A stretch of 64,000 bases of DNA from Octopus vulgaris (Eukaryota), in assembly GCA_951406725.2 (NCBI GenBank), contig OX597815.1, positions 34,534,001 through 34,598,000 of the forward strand, given 5' to 3'. The translations under genes and the position numbers were made by a program. The notes beneath the pieces are model-generated. The model searched no databases, was not told where the DNA came from, and worked only from the letters and a program-made list of their open reading frames with translations. This document shows positions 38,568 through 53,320 of the stretch, one piece after another (within the stretch, counting starts at the first letter, position 1; every line of letters begins with the position of its first letter).

Positions 38568-39075
38568 ATGTGGAGGCACATTGGCCCAGTGGTTTGAGCA
38601 GCGGACTCGCGGTCGTAGGATCGCGGTTTCGATTCCCAGACCGCGCAATGTTTATTGAGCAAAAACATCTAAAGCTCCACGAGGCTCCGGCAGTGGGTGG
38701 TGGTGAACCCTGCTGTACTCTTTCACCACAACTTTCTCTCACTCTTTCTTCCTTTTTCTGTTGTACCTGTATTTCAAAGGGCCAGCTTTGTCACACTCTG
38801 TTTCATGCTGAATCTCCCCGAGAACTACGTTAAGGGTACACGTGTTTGTGGAGTGCTCGGCCACTTGCACGTTAATAAATGAGCTGCGACGTCACTGGTG
38901 CCAAGCTGTATCCGCCTTTGCCTTTCCCTTGGATAACATTGGTGGCGTGGAGAGGGGAGGCCGGTATGCGTGGGTGACTGCTGGTCTTCCATAAACAACC
39001 TTGCCCGGACTTGTACTTCAGAGGGTAACTTTCTAGGTGCAATCCCATGGTCATTCAAGACCGAAGTGGGGTCAC
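38568..39075 (+). mobile_element. tRNA-derived SINE with the family C head and a different body/tail
   Basis: About the first 170 nt match the reverse complement of 410-579, then the sequences diverge. Confidence 0.8.
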
Positions 39076-39180
39076 AAAAATTTACTGCCTTCAGTGAATG
39101 TTCTAATATCTTGCTTGAGAAAATATTGTATCTGTTTCACTCTATACTAATTTCATTCCCTCTTTCTTTCTTTCTTTCCC

Positions 39181-39212
<32 letters not shown>

Positions 39213-39274
39213 TATTTCTATCTTTCATTCTTTCTTTCTTCATTTTTTTTTCTTTCTTCATTTATCTATTCTTT

Positions 39275-39350
<76 letters not shown>

Positions 39351-40339
39351 TCTCTCACACGCTTATTCTCTTTTACTTTCCATCATTTCAATCCCCTCTT
39401 CTACTATTACATATAAACTACCTTTATCTTTCATACATGTTGGCAAACTTCTTTAACATTGCATGCGCGCGCATGTGTGTATGTGAGTGTGTGTGTGTGT
39501 CTGTCTGTGTGCGCGCGCGCATTGCAAGAGCTATTTCGAATGTCACAAGGTCATGGTGATCTGTGTCTGCGACCTAGGTTCAATATACAGCCGAGAGCTC
39601 TGCTAGAGTGCCCTAAGGAAAAAAGCATTAGCGATATATCCGCCATGCGTTGATTGATATGGGTGTATATGTATGCATGTATGTATGTATGTATGTATGT
39701 ATGTATGTATGTATGTATGTATGTATGTTTGTATGTATGTATGCAAGCATGTATGTGTGTGTGTGTGTGTGTATATTAGTGAGTGTATGTATGTATGGAT
39801 GGATGGATGAATGGATAGATGGACACTGCATGTGTTCCTTTGATTAGATATCTGGTTCTTGTATACGGAATAAATATTTATATTACATATACGCACGTAT
39901 TGCATATCTGCTTGCGAAAATACGACCTGTGTATGTATGCACGTATGCAGATAGAGAGACAGAGATGGAGATAAAAGGTGGAGAAGAAAGAGAAAAATAT
40001 ACTCAGTGTGGTCTTTGTAGCAATTCATACATCTAGGGAAGTCGAACTGTGTCACCTTCGGCGATAACCAGCAGAATACGAACAAAGCTAATCAAAGTTT
40101 TTGAAAAATGATTCACGTTTTGATCCTTCTTGATATGCAGGTTACCCATAATGCTACCCTCTCTCTCGCTCTCTCTCCCTATCTCTCTCTCTCTCTCTTT
40201 ATCTCTCTTTCTTTCTCTTTTTCTCTCTCCTTCCGGGATCGATAAAATAAAGTACTAGATCGATTTATCAAAATTTTCCTCCCAAAACCGAGTTGTTTTG
40301 CACCATGTCAACAAATCAATATCATTGATTTCAAATTTT

Positions 40340-40520
40340 AGCACAAGGCCAGCAATTTCGAGGAGCGGTTAAGTCGATTACATCGATCCCAGTGATTAAC
40401 TGGTATTTATTTTATCGACTCTGAAAGGATAAAAGGCAAAGTCAACCTCGGTGGAATGTGAACTCACAATGTAAAACGGACGAAATGCCGCTAAGCATTT
40501 TGTCCGGCGTGCAAACGATT
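40340..40520 (-). mobile_element. Older SINE B-related copy
   Basis: aaggataaaaggcaaagtcaacctcggtggaatgtgaactc. Confidence 0.7.
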
Positions 40521-41854
40521 CTGCGAGTCCCTCTGCCTTGGAAATCGAAATTATTTCTAGAATTTATGCACCTTTTTCCATATTCATCAGAAATAATATT
40601 GGGTTTACTACGTAGACCCATTACTATTAAAGCAGGGATTATTAAATTCAATATAAAAATTAAAGAATAAAATAAAGCTGCTAAATTTATTTAAAGTTAC
40701 TGAAAACAGCATTTTTTAAATTTTTATAAATAGTATTTTTAAAATAGTTTTAGAGATTCTATATTAGCTTTTCGGCAAGGTTGCTAAGTTCCAGAGCATT
40801 TTCCCTGTACTCCCTACATTTCTCTTGTTTTTATTATTTTTCTTTCTTTCTGTGTTTTTAGGGCAATTTTAAAATTCTCTTTAGAAACGGGTGAACGAAA
40901 TTCCTGATGGCGTAGTAACGAGAATGCTATGACCACGGTCAAGTAAGATGAGATCCTTTGGGTTAGAGAGCAAAACACATAACAATAATTTAAGGAAGAG
41001 AGAGAGAGAGCCTGTGAACATTTGTTTGCACGGAAGTATCCCTTGCTTCATTTATATTCAGCTTGCTAAAATTGTTGTTGTTGTTGTTATCGTCATCGTA
41101 ATCGTCGTTGTTGTTGCTATCATAAAGAAATACGTTTTAGACGTAACCAGCAGCACATATTCAACGCATTCTTCTTCACTTTACGACAATATAATGTGAT
41201 TTGAGGGAGATTTAGCTATTATTTTTAACATGTCGCACAATAGCACGGAGTCTCCCTCCATGACTCATATTAGCAAGCGTTTCATTTAAAAACGATTATC
41301 GCAGTTGTTGGTGTGGAAAAATTCCCGCTTGGAAGTTAAATTAACTGTCTGATTTCGATCCCAGTATAGGATGATGCTATCTTTTACACAACCTTATGAT
41401 TCTGTGGTTATTAATTTTGATTTGCAACTACAGGTTTCCCGGTTTGATCCTAGTGTGCGGCACATTGAATAAATAGCATTTTCCATTGCTTCACGTCGAT
41501 TAAATCATGAAAGTGAAATTTGGTGGATGGAAACTGTGAAAGTCTGGCGAGGGAATCTTTCTTTTTCGGAGATGTTAAACATAATCTGACTCTTGGTTTA
41601 ACAACACCATTAGGCCATTGATCCAGTGCTCCGATGGTGGTGTTTAGCAGATTTCACATACCTTTAGCAGAACTCCACCCACCTTTAGCAGAATTCCATC
41701 CGCCTTTAGCGGACACGACCAACTTGCATACATTCGTTTCAGGATTGCGGCTTGAAAAAAACCTCCTTTTTTTGCTCCTATCAAGTTTCGGAGGCCATGA
41801 AAAAAGTCTTTAAGTATACTACCCTTTTTTCTTGGAACTGAAGCCTTTAATATC

Positions 41855-42262
41855 TATTTCTTTATTACCCACAAGGGGCTAAACACAGAGGGGACAAACA
41901 AGGACAGGCATAGGTATTAAGTCGAATACATCGACCCCAGTGCGTAACTGGTACTTAATTTATCGAAAGGATGAAAGGCAAAGTCGACCTCGGTGGATTT
42001 GAACTCACACCGTAACAGCAGACGAAATACCTATTTCTTTATTACCCACAAGGGGCTAAACACAGAGGGGACAAACAAGGACAGACATAGGTATTAAGTC
42101 GAATACATCGACCCCAGTGCGTAACTGGTACTTATTTAATCGACCCCGAAAAGATGAAAGGCAAAGTCGACCTCGGCGGAATTTGAACTCAGAACGTAGC
42201 GATAGACGAAATACCGCTAAGCATTTCGCCCGGCGTGCTAACGTTTCTGCCAGCTCGCCGCC
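41855..42262 (-). mobile_element. SINE family B, dimeric form
   Basis: Same internal junction as 23520. Confidence 0.9.
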
Positions 42263-45200
42263 TTCAATACCAACATCAATAATAGCAACAAAACTACAAC
42301 AAAACAACAACAGTGGTAATTACGGCTAACATTTATGCCGGAGGAAAGGCAATACCCATAACCCAATTAAAGTGCTTCCAATGATAGAAATGATTTCTAT
42401 CGTGGATTCAGAACCACAAATTTGATGGAGATCTGTAGTCGATTTCTTCCTTGAAGCTAGCTGGTCTCATGCCTCCTCTACTCATGCGCGCGAGTCACTT
42501 TTCGCTATCCTTGTTGTATCCACTTTCCTCAGGCCTTATCTACATTCCCGGAACATCGACTTTCTGGAATCTCCTCCCTGATGCATGTCTTTTCAGCAGT
42601 TAACACGGAACATAAGCGGCATTATGCCCACGGGTCTCGGACGTTCTGCAAAGATCGTGAGTACTTCCTCCTCCTCCAGACTAAACAAATAAATACATTT
42701 TAAAAATTCATCGACGCGTGGGTTTGACTGATTTATTTTACCGACCTTTGATAGATAAAGTCACCTTTGCAGAGTTTGAACCCAGAACGAATTAAGTTCT
42801 AAGTAAATACCGCAAGAGACATAACTCAGTGCTCTAACACTTTAAAAGCCACTTGGTGAATATTAATCTCAAAGAAAACCGAATGTAATGCCTTCTAACT
42901 CAAACAAATAATTACACGGTGTTGATGCCTTTGAATCATTACTGTTGACAAATTCAAGACTAAATTTAGCAACCCATCTGAGGTGAGTTCTTTGAAGTTA
43001 ATTAATAAACTTAGCAACCCCATCAATGCCACGCCTCTTAAACATTTTAAACCCCAGCAAAATCCGTTACTAGCAAACCTTATAAAGAATCTTCTCAAGT
43101 ATTCAACAAGATGCATCCTGTCTTTTGAATAAACTGGATAAAATCGTTGGTTTTTTTTTTTTTAATAAAATATAATATTGAAAATTTTCTCAGCTTATTT
43201 TTTCCTCTCCAGTACATAACACCTGAAGAAATCATTTTCTACACAAGATGCACACAAGTTAATATGCATACACCTACGTATTCTCACTTGATATACGAAA
43301 GCAAAACAAAGCAAAGCGAAGGGAAGCCACATATGTTAGTATAGTTCCAATTGGTACTTGACACTGGAAACTTAATTAATACATAGTGCACTAGTTTGAG
43401 CAGTAAAGGCACGTGACCCAGTGCTTAGAGTGTTGCACGCATGATCGTGATTTCGATTTCAGGACAGAGTGGTGCGTTATGTTCTTAAGCAAAACACTTC
43501 ATTTCACGTTGTTTCGATCATCTCACTTGCAAATTAGTAACCCTAAGACAGATTGGTGTCCCGTTCAGGGGTAATATCGTGATCTCGATCACTAATACAC
43601 CATGGAAACCGGGTAACCGGACCTATGACACTTAGAACTCAAGATAATAGAGTCCATGAGTTGCTGATGACTAATCTGAGTATGGGGGTGATTTCAAATG
43701 TAACCTATGCATTTCAAAATAACTTCATAATTTTAGCCTCGTTGTGAAATGTAAAAAAAGTTATTACATCATAGGATTAATCTCTTGGTGCGGAGAAAAA
43801 TATCGGGTGGATCTGATTAGTTTCTAGTCATTTATAGGCGAAGAATATCGATCTTAGGTCCACAGAGAGAGATTAATAACTTATAACTATTTGCACCGTA
43901 TACAATCTAGGAATCAACAAAATAGTCGTTCTAATTTGTAGAACAACGCAAGTGTTGTCAACGTGGATTAATTCATAAACATTCAATTTTAAAGTCACTG
44001 CGAAAAATAATAAATGTGATTACATCCACATGGTTTATTTCACTGTGGGCTATGAATAAATTAATTTTATCTGTCTGTATGTTATGAATGAATTAATTAA
44101 GTTACTTTATCAGTGCATGTACTGTTTTGCAAATTAGACAGACCAGTTCAGCTGTCTCCTAATTTGTATGCACTGTATAAAGCTATGAGCTACTAAACTG
44201 TATAGAACATAGGTATTCTTTCTTTCATAAAGAAAGACCTAACAAGTTTAGAAACTAGTCGAAATTAATCCATTTTTTTACTGCGAAAGTTGTGATGTAA
44301 CCATTTCGTTTTCTTTTTACAGAAATTCTAAAACTATATATTTATAATTTTAAAAATTCATGTAATTCATATTTCAAATTATCCAGGGACGCTCTAAAGT
44401 ACACTAATAATGAATGAATGAATGAATGAATGAATTAATTAATTAATCAATTAACTAAACTGTCTCTGTTGCCAGCACATGCACTGTTAGGCAAATTAGA
44501 CAAACCATCTTAGTTAAATCCTAGATCGAATACAAACTACTATTTTTTCAGGAAACAAAAGATATGTAGACTTTCTATTAAAAAGGTCTAAGAAACTAGT
44601 AACTAATCATCGATCTCCCTTTTTCTACCCAAGAAGAGATAAAATACAGTAGTATGGTCACTTTATTTACTTCTCACAGTGATGTTTAAAATAACATGTT
44701 TATTAAAATGTGTTCAGCAAGCAAGCCAAAACCAATACGAAACGCTTGTACTTACTCGTAAGTTCTTCATTGTCCAGGATTTTAACTCCGCTCGATACTA
44801 CACTTTCAAAGTAATCTGCTGTATAAATGCTCAGGGTTCCACCAAATAAAGTTTGGGTTTCTTATTATCTAAACATTAACCTTAATACTTTCAGTTGGAA
44901 ACAGCTGCTCCCTTCTACATCTTTTTCATAACAATTGGTGATGCAACTGAAATTATGTAATCAGAAACATACATTTTCCTTGTAGCATACTTTTTCGATA
45001 GGACATTGTTCAACAACAGGAATATATAAAGTTAAAAGTAACAGTATTAACAATGACCTACTGGAACTGTGAAGTGGACGAATTTCCTCCTGGATAAACT
45101 GCTGTATTTAAATAAAATGTCGAAGGGGTGTATAGTAAACTGCTTGCTCATAACCAATTGAAAACGTAAATGCAAACTCACTTCTCTTGCACTTCTAATA

Positions 45201-45759
45201 CTCATAGGAATGACTGTAAGATCTTCTGACTAAAAAAGAAGCAACTACACATTCTGTTCCCCATCGAGTCATGAGCGCTATCCCCGAGTAATTAATCTAT
45301 GTGACAGTGAACAAACTTTAAATTAATGAGAATTATAATTAACGTTAAAATATAAATTTAAATTTTGAAATGATTACCTTTTACTTGTTTCAATCATTGG
45401 ACTGCAACCATGCTGGAGCACCCTTTTGAGGGTTTAGCTGAACAAATTGAAGAAGCGCAGTATGCTGAAATCACGGAATATGGCTGTTCCAGTGCCCATC
45501 CCAGACAGTTCTGGTCTGCTAACTTAACTTATGTGTGCTCTTAGCATCGTGCGTCTGCATAAAAAGATTATCTTAGGACGAACATTGCAGTATTTGGCGT
45601 TCTAACTAGACATCTGCATTGAATAGGATACAGTGATTGCCATTCGATACCAATACTGCTTCTGTTGCTAAAATTTATATGCACACTTACACACAGACAC
45701 ACACACACACACACATACACACACACACAAACAAGCAAACAAACATACACATACATACA

Positions 45760-45790
<31 letters not shown>

Positions 45791-45791
<1 letters not shown>

Positions 45792-46164
45792 CTCTTTTAC
45801 TTTTTTACTTGTTTCAGTCATTTGACTGCGGCCATGCTGGAGCACCGCCTTTAGTCGAGCAAATCAACCCCAGTACTTATTCTATCGGTCTCTTTTGCCG
45901 AACCGCTAAGTGACGGGGACGTAAACACACCAGCATTGGTTGTCAAGCAATGCTAGGGGGACAAACACAGACACACAAACACACACATATATACATACAT
46001 ATATACGACAGGCTTCTTTCAGTTTCCGTCTACCAAATCCACTCACAAGGCATTGGTCGGCCCGGGGCTATAGCAGAAGACACTTGTCCAAGATGCCACG
46101 CAGTGGGACTGAACCCGGAACCATGTGGTTGGTTAGCAAGCTACTTACCACACAGCCACTCCTG
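45791..46164 (-). mobile_element. SINE family A; empty target site
   Basis: Uninterrupted ggttagcaagctacttaccacacagccactcc. Confidence 0.9.
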
Positions 46165-46189
46165 TATATATATATAAAATATATATAAA

Positions 46190-46305
46190 AATGGGACAAG
46201 AACGCAAAACATTCAAATAGACGACACAAAAAAACGGACGGGTCATTCGAGGCCTCTAATCTTCAGTCAAGAACCGGATCATCCTCGCAATTTCAGCTGA
46301 TTAAT
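46190..46305 (-). mobile_element. Short repeat; reverse homologue of 50558-50680
   Basis: Closely matching ~115 bp, flanked by (AT)n in both copies. Confidence 0.7.
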
Positions 46306-46453
46306 ATATATATACGAAGGGCATCTGCACAGCTCCCGTCTACCAAATTCACTCACAAGGCATTGGTTGATCCGGGACTATAATAGAAAACACTTGCCCA
46401 AAGTGCAGCACAGTGAGACAGAACCAGAAGCCAAATGGTTGTGAAGCGAGCTT

Positions 46454-47397
46454 GGATCTTTATGGTTTTCGTCACTATTTACAATTATCTTAAAAAAATT
46501 TTTTAAACGTATTATATAGCTGTAATTTTTGACGCTGAGTCCGAATTTGTTATTGATTTATTCCAGAAAACTTTTACAGGTGTTCAAAGTTTGATAATTT
46601 TCACAATTTTCAGCCAATCAGAAAACAGCGCGTTCGCTGCCTCGTCCATCATTGGGAGGTGGGGGGAGGAGCATTAGCGTATCAAAACATTAAACTAGCA
46701 AATTAAATATATTTAAAAGCTACGAAGAAGCAAACGAATAGAAATTGCTAGAAATAACAGTCAAAACATTAAAATATACACGAGCAGAGTTAATATTAAA
46801 ACATTCGCAGACAAATCAAATATTTAAAAGCCATGAACAAATCAACAGGAGTTGTTAGAAATAACAGTCAAAACATTGTTGAAAACATTTATTAGTTTAA
46901 AAAATTCAAAAACGAAAGTTTGCAATACACTCTAGGATTTTATAAAATAATCTTTCTCGTATCTCCTTCTCCACATAAATTCACAAGAGTCAACCATGCC
47001 CAGGTACTTTCAATTTGTTGGGTGTGAGTCCCATCTTTTATGGAAACAAACAATTATAAAACAAGTGGTGGTTATACTTCTTGTGCGCATGCGCAGCATC
47101 TTTGGTTACTATGAAAACAGAGTTCTTCGCAATCAGCTATGGAACACTTGGTGCTTCTTTGCTTTGGTTACTATAGATACAGTCTTCTTCGCCATGGTGA
47201 TGTCTAAGATACTCGTTTCTGATTGGCTGAAAATACCCAGACTTTGCAAATTTTAAAGGATAATAACTTTTTAATTATGGATTTATAGGAAAAATTAATT
47301 TAATTTTCATAATTAGTTATACAAAACTTAATCCATATGCCAAATTTGAAAACAACTGGAACAAAATTGCAAACAGTGACAAAAACCACGAAGATCA
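46454..47397. mobile_element. GGATC-ended MITE, third family, inserted in a SINE A fragment (46315-46453)
   Basis: TIRs ggatctttatggttttcgtcactatttacaatt and aattgcaaacagtgacaaaaaccacgaagatca; decayed TSD gcgagctt/gcgagata. Confidence 0.75.
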
Positions 47398-47580
47398 GCG
47401 AGATAACTATGCTTGCGCGTATAAATTGGATAATTGAACTAAAAATTGAATGCTGTATTTAAATGAAATTTCGAAGGGTTGCAAAGTAAAATGTATGCTC
47501 ATGACAATTGAAAACGTAAATGCAAATTCACTTCCCTTGCACTTCTAATACTTATAAGAATGACTATAACATCTTCCGGT

Positions 47581-47992
47581 GAGGCGGCGAGCTGGCAGAA
47601 ACGTTAGCGCGCCGGGCGAAATGCGTAACCGTATTTCGTCTGCCGTTACGTTCTGAGTTCAAATTCCGCCGAGGTCGACTTTGCCTTTCATCCTTTCGGG
47701 GTCGATAAATTAAGTACTAGTTAAGCACTGGGGTCGTTGTAATCGACTTAATCCCTTTGTATGCCCTTGTTTGTCCTCTCTGTGTTTAGCCCCTTGTGGG
47801 TAGTAAAGAAATAGGTATTTCGTCTGTCGCTACGTTCTCAGTTCAAGTTCCGCCGAGGTCGACTTTGCCTTCATCCTTTCGGGGTCGATAAATTAAGTAC
47901 CAGTTTCGCACTGGGGTCGATGTAATCGACTTAATCCCTTTGTCCTTGTTTGTTCCCTCTATGTTTAGCCCCCTGTGGTCAATAAAGAAATA
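47581..47992 (+). mobile_element. SINE family B, dimeric form, perfect 16-bp TSD
   Basis: tataacatcttccggt at 47565-47580 and 47993-48008. Confidence 0.92.
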
Positions 47993-48199
47993 TATAACAT
48001 CTTCCGGTTAAAAAAGAAGCAAGTTATCATATTGATAGCGGTAGGTACTGTGAAACCAAAGACAAGTTACGTTATGCTGGTCGAAGAACGAAAGAAAATT
48101 TGCCTTAGCTAGGAAGGATATCGTCTGCTTTGTTTGTTGTTTTTCTTAGTGCAGTCAACCTCTTTATGAACATACATGTTCTCGGTCTTCCCTTAAACC

Positions 48200-49560
48200 A
48201 CGTATCAACAATTCAACTAACATACAAACTACACATCTTGTTCCTCTCCTAGTCACGAGCGAGTAATTAATCTCAGCGATATATGACTTTTTAAAAATAA
48301 ACTGTCAATGACCTCTCCCTGCTGTCCAGGCTACACACTACATTCCAACTTTGCTCTGAAAGGTGGCGTCTGCACGTATGTTGATCCTTTCCCACCGACT
48401 CACCTCTTTCACCTTTGTACAGCAACAAACTCTTCCAGTTACTCTAACTCAAAACCGTCTCAACCCACTTCTCCAAATTCATCTGCTGCAACTACCATTC
48501 CCCTAACTCCTGCATCAACCAATAATTTATTCAACCATTTGTTATTCTGTACTAAGAATATTTATCTCACATCAAATCTATCCAAAGCTATCATCTTCGG
48601 TGATTTCAGCGTTCGCAACTGTTCCGAACTTTTGTACTCTTGCAATGCTAATACTAAGGCGGCCAGCAGATAGAATAGTTTAGCACGTCGGACAAAATGC
48701 TTAGTAGCATTTCTTCCGGATTTTTACGTATGGAATTGAAATCCTGCTGAGGTCACCTTTGCTTTTCATTCTTTCAACGTTGATAAAATAACTACCAGTC
48801 ATGTAGTGGGGTCGATGTAATCTACTTGTCCCTTCGTCTCAAAATTGTTGGCCTCGAACCGTGCAACGGATCGGTGTCCCCCTTGAGGGGAAACGTTGTG
48901 ATCTCGGCCACTTACACACTATGAAAACCGGGTCACCAACCTTGTAACTCCTAAGGCTCAAGTAAAAAATACGAATATAACTGGTGTAGAAGCCGCATCA
49001 TTTGTTGTCTGAAACTTTCTATAACAATTAATGGCATCACCCACTCATACTTCACTTATACACAGATTCCTGAAACTCCGCCTTTATCAAAGTATCACCG
49101 TGTATGTGTCTACTGAAATGTCCGACAACTGCTAGATGAAAGCCACCCACTTAACAACCGCGTACTTCATACAAATCCTTGCTTCCAGAATCATATGGCA
49201 TTAGAAGCCAGCTAACTGTTCGGTGATCCACAAGTTATTGCTGGTTATTTCTGATAGCAAATGTACTTCACGCTTGACCCTTTTAGAAACAACTAAGAAA
49301 TTGTCCAAAACAACCTTCCTAAGCGAGTCCATTCACATTACTCATGCAACCAAAGCTCATAACTTCAAGTTTCCCGAATCGTTCAGACGCAGCTGTTATA
49401 CAGCCGTATAGATGAAGAATACAGCTTACAAGAAAAAAAGGAACTTACCCACCTCGATCAAAACGGTGTCTTTTATTCACCAGAGGCAGCAATATAAGAA
49501 CCACTCAACTGTCGAAGTCTATGGCCTTATGCCTCCAGCAGAAATTATATTCTTTGCTGG
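48200..49560 (+). pseudogene. Highly decayed APE-endonuclease LINE ORF2 N-terminus, with SINE fragments inserted at 48655-48960
   Basis: PGYTLHSNFALKGGVCTYV and AIIFGDFSVRN resemble the APE GGV..YV and GDFN motifs. Confidence 0.55.
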
Positions 49561-50473
49561 AAGACGATGGTGCTGTGTAGACATGCTCGGACTACTTACG
49601 TAATAGCATTTAGTTCCGTTATTCTATGTTTTGTGTTCAGGCCTAGCACGCTGCTCTGCTTAATACTACAAGCAAGCGCTTGGGCGTCTTTAGTGGAGAT
49701 TCCTCTTCCCACCGACCCCTGTTCACTTTGACATTTACTAACGTATGTTCGGGGAAGAGCGTTGGCAGCATCAATCTCACTAATTTGGGAGTGCCTGAAA
49801 GGTCATGAGTACTACTCCACATTGCCTAATAGGCTTGTAAAAAGAAATCAAAGTTTTGTTTGCCTTTTATCCTTCCACAGTCAATAAAATAGTGGCAGTC
49901 ATCTACTGAGTCGATTAAATTGGCAAAACTTTACCCCTACGTCCCCACTCCCCAATAAATTCATGGCCTTGTGCCAATCTGTGAAATCAATATTTTTATT
50001 ATGGTATGGCGCGATTTTGATAGGAATTCAACGGTGAAAGCAAACAGGACATGGCACATCGCCACAACTGTAGATACAAAGGAAATCAGCAGCAGGGAAA
50101 TGCTCCCAGTTTTTTTTTTTTTCTGGTTTCTGTTTTGTTTTCATTTTGTTTCATTCTATCTTTTTTTATTCGAACATTTTATCCTGATGATGTAACTTCA
50201 TTGAATCAATTTATGACTGTACACTTAGCTAAAATATTCTTTTTTGAAATATTGCTTTGTAAAAAAACAAAAATGCCTCATGCTTTGTGCTACCCTTTGT
50301 AACACAAAATGAACTTTTCTTCACATGCATATCATGCCCATTCACTTTAATTAGCCTTCTTAAGACTTGCCTCCTAATTGTCTACGTGTGTGTATGCGCG
50401 TTCATTGTTTATATATATATATATATATATACATACATGCATTCATGCATACATACATACATACATACATACA

Positions 50474-50559
<86 letters not shown>

Positions 50560-50702
50560 TTAATCAGCCGAAATTGCGAGAATGATCCGGTTCTTGACTG
50601 AAGATTAAAGGCTTCGAATGACCCGTCCGTGTTTTTTATATCGTCTTCTGGATGTTTTGCGTTCTTGTCCCATTTTGTATTTATATATATATATATATAT
50701 AT

Positions 50703-50950
50703 ATTCTTTTATTCTTTTATTCTTTTATTCTGTTATTCTTTTACTTGTTTCAGTCATTTGACTGCGATCGTGCTGGAACACCGCCTTGAAGGGTTTTAGT
50801 CGAACAAATCGACCTCAGGACCATTTTTTTTTCAGCCTAGTAATTATCCTATCGTTCTCTTTTGCCCAGCCGCTAAGTTACGGGTACATAAACACCAGCA
50901 CCGGTCGTTAAGCGGTGATGGTGGTGGTGGTGGTGGAGGGACAAACACAA
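50703..50950 (-). mobile_element. SINE family A, 3' part
   Basis: Tail homology. Confidence 0.8.
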
Positions 50951-50954
50951 GACC

Positions 50955-51408
50955 TGTCACGGCGGTCATCCCCAGAAATGTGGTATTGTGCATCCATAAT
51001 TCGCCACCCATGGCCAGACCGTCAATCGACGTTTTGCGACGTCTTGAAGTGTTTGAGGGATGTCATTCGGCGAAAGCGACCGGAGCATGAAGAATTGGTT
51101 TCTTCACTGAGCTCTCCTCGTGAGTTACTCGCCAAAAACATGGTATAGCTTCTGAATCTGCCCTATTCGCCAGATTTTAGCACCTACAGACTTCCATCTC
51201 TTCTCCAAGATGGAAATGCAGCTCAAAGGTCGTCGTTTTAACACCGTTGTTGAGATCCAGAACGAATCGCAGAAGATCTTTGACTCGCGGAAAACAAGAT
51301 TCCAAAAGTGGCAGGAACACCAGGACCGATGTATTGTTGTGCAAGGTGACTATTTCGAAGGAGACCTTATGAAACATAACTAGTCCGGGAACATTTTGAT
51401 ACCACTTC

Positions 51409-51411
<3 letters not shown>
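50955..51411 (+). pseudogene. mariner transposase 3' remnant with the right TIR
   Basis: PYSPD/LAPTDFHLFSKMEMQLKGRRF and QGDYFEGD motifs; ends ccgggaacattttgataccacttcgTA. Confidence 0.8.
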
Positions 51412-51469
<58 letters not shown>

Positions 51470-51769
51470 TAAATTTTTACATATGTGTATGTTTGCATAT
51501 ATATATATGCAAACATACACATATGTAAAACTTTATATATGTATAGATATACATATACGTGAGTGAATATATGCATGCATGCATACACACACACATACAT
51601 ACAGGTATATATATATATATATATATATATGCATGCATGCATACATACATACATGCATACGTAGATACATACATACATACATACACTCATATACCCCTCA
51701 CGCGCTCACATGCATATATACATGTTTGTGTGTGCGCGTGTGTATGTGTGTGTGTTTGTGTGTGTTGGG

Positions 51770-52680
51770 TGCCATTAATTCAAATATATCAATTATCGGT
51801 TTATCTTCATGCAATATTATCGCGTTGGTAATCAAATGGTGGTAATAGCTGAGAGGATTAACATTACAAATCCACAAAATCCGACAGAGCGAAGTTTTAT
51901 ATCTTCACAACAAAACCTTTGCTTCTAAAACCTGTCGTTTTTAGTTTTCCATTTTTTGATATCCATGAAACTGATATCAATGTTATAATAACGAGAGTCA
52001 GTAGTTTTTCGTAATATTTCTTTTTCTTTCAAGAGCAATGGCGATTAGTTTTTCCAATAGGCTGTAACGATGAAGTGAATTTTGTAAGCATCAGAAAAAG
52101 TTCCCCATTTAGAGTTATGTCGATATAAAGAAGAAATACTGATCATACCACGTCTCTCTAATGCCTCCATCCAATGTAGATTCAGGAATTTTAAAAACGA
52201 ATTAATAAAACAAAAATAGTGTAAAATCACAGTCAAAACTAAAGTTGCTAATTGCCCAAATATTACATTCAATCTAAATGCAGGCAAATATTTTCCATAC
52301 AGAAAACCAGATTAAAAGCTCCTATTTATTAATATGCTATCATTTTTCAACCGCTATAAGCTTAAAGAACCTTATCAGCAACATTAATAATCGGATTTTC
52401 AAAAGCTCTTTCGATGAAGAGAATTTCAACAGTGCTTCTTATTATTATAAACAATAATGTTCTACTAAGAGAGCGAGCTTCAGAATAAAATACATGCAAA
52501 ATGCAAATAACACGAACATACGAATAGAATGAAAGCTATTAAATTCTTTTTAATAAAGTCAAAAATGTCCAGGCTTAGTACATAGTTACCTACTTAACTC
52601 ATACATATATTACATATCTTTAATAAAGAAGCAGTAAAAGTTAGCTATAGTTGCTCTCAGTTTCATACACATAAAGCGTA
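51770..52680 (+). pseudogene. Decayed Penelope-like RT from a second, AT-rich lineage
   Basis: Remnant motifs TFNLNAGKYFPYRKP and IFNKEAVKVSYSCS. Confidence 0.55.
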
Positions 52681-52904
52681 TGTGTGATCAATCAGATAAT
52701 ACATCAGGAATAATTGTGTATAATTAGACCAGTTCTCTTTGGTCAAATCATATCACGTTGTATCTTATGTTGCAAGCCGAAAATGAAAACATAACTGTGG
52801 CATAAGGGAGGATTCCAAGTTCAAGCTTGCAGTTGCTGAGAGCCGCTATTTTGCCAGGTTCATCAGATCCGATGTACAAAAATGCACACGTTAAGGTTCG
52901 ATAT

Positions 52905-53320
52905 TCTTATTGCTTTACTGCCCACAAGGGGCTACACACAGAGGGGACAAACAAGGACATACACACGGATTAAGTCGATTATATCGACCCCAGTGGGTAA
53001 CTGGTACTTATTTAATCGACCCCGAAAGGATGAAAGGCAAAGTCAACCTCGGCGGAATTTGAACTCAGAACGTAGCGATAGACGAAATACCTATTTCTTT
53101 TCTACCCACAAGGGGCTAAATACAGAGAGGACAAACAAGGACGGACAAACGGATTAAGTCGATTATATCGACCCCAGTGCGTAACTGGTACTTATTTAAT
53201 CGACCCCGAAAGGATGAAAGGCAAAGTCAACCTCGGTGGAATTTGAACTCAGAACGTAGCAGCTGACGAAATACCACTAAGCATTTCGCCCGGCGTGCTA
53301 ACGTTTCTGCCCACTCGCTA
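52905..53320 (-). mobile_element. SINE family B, dimeric form
   Basis: Same junction; flanked by cg(a/c)tattctt. Confidence 0.9.
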
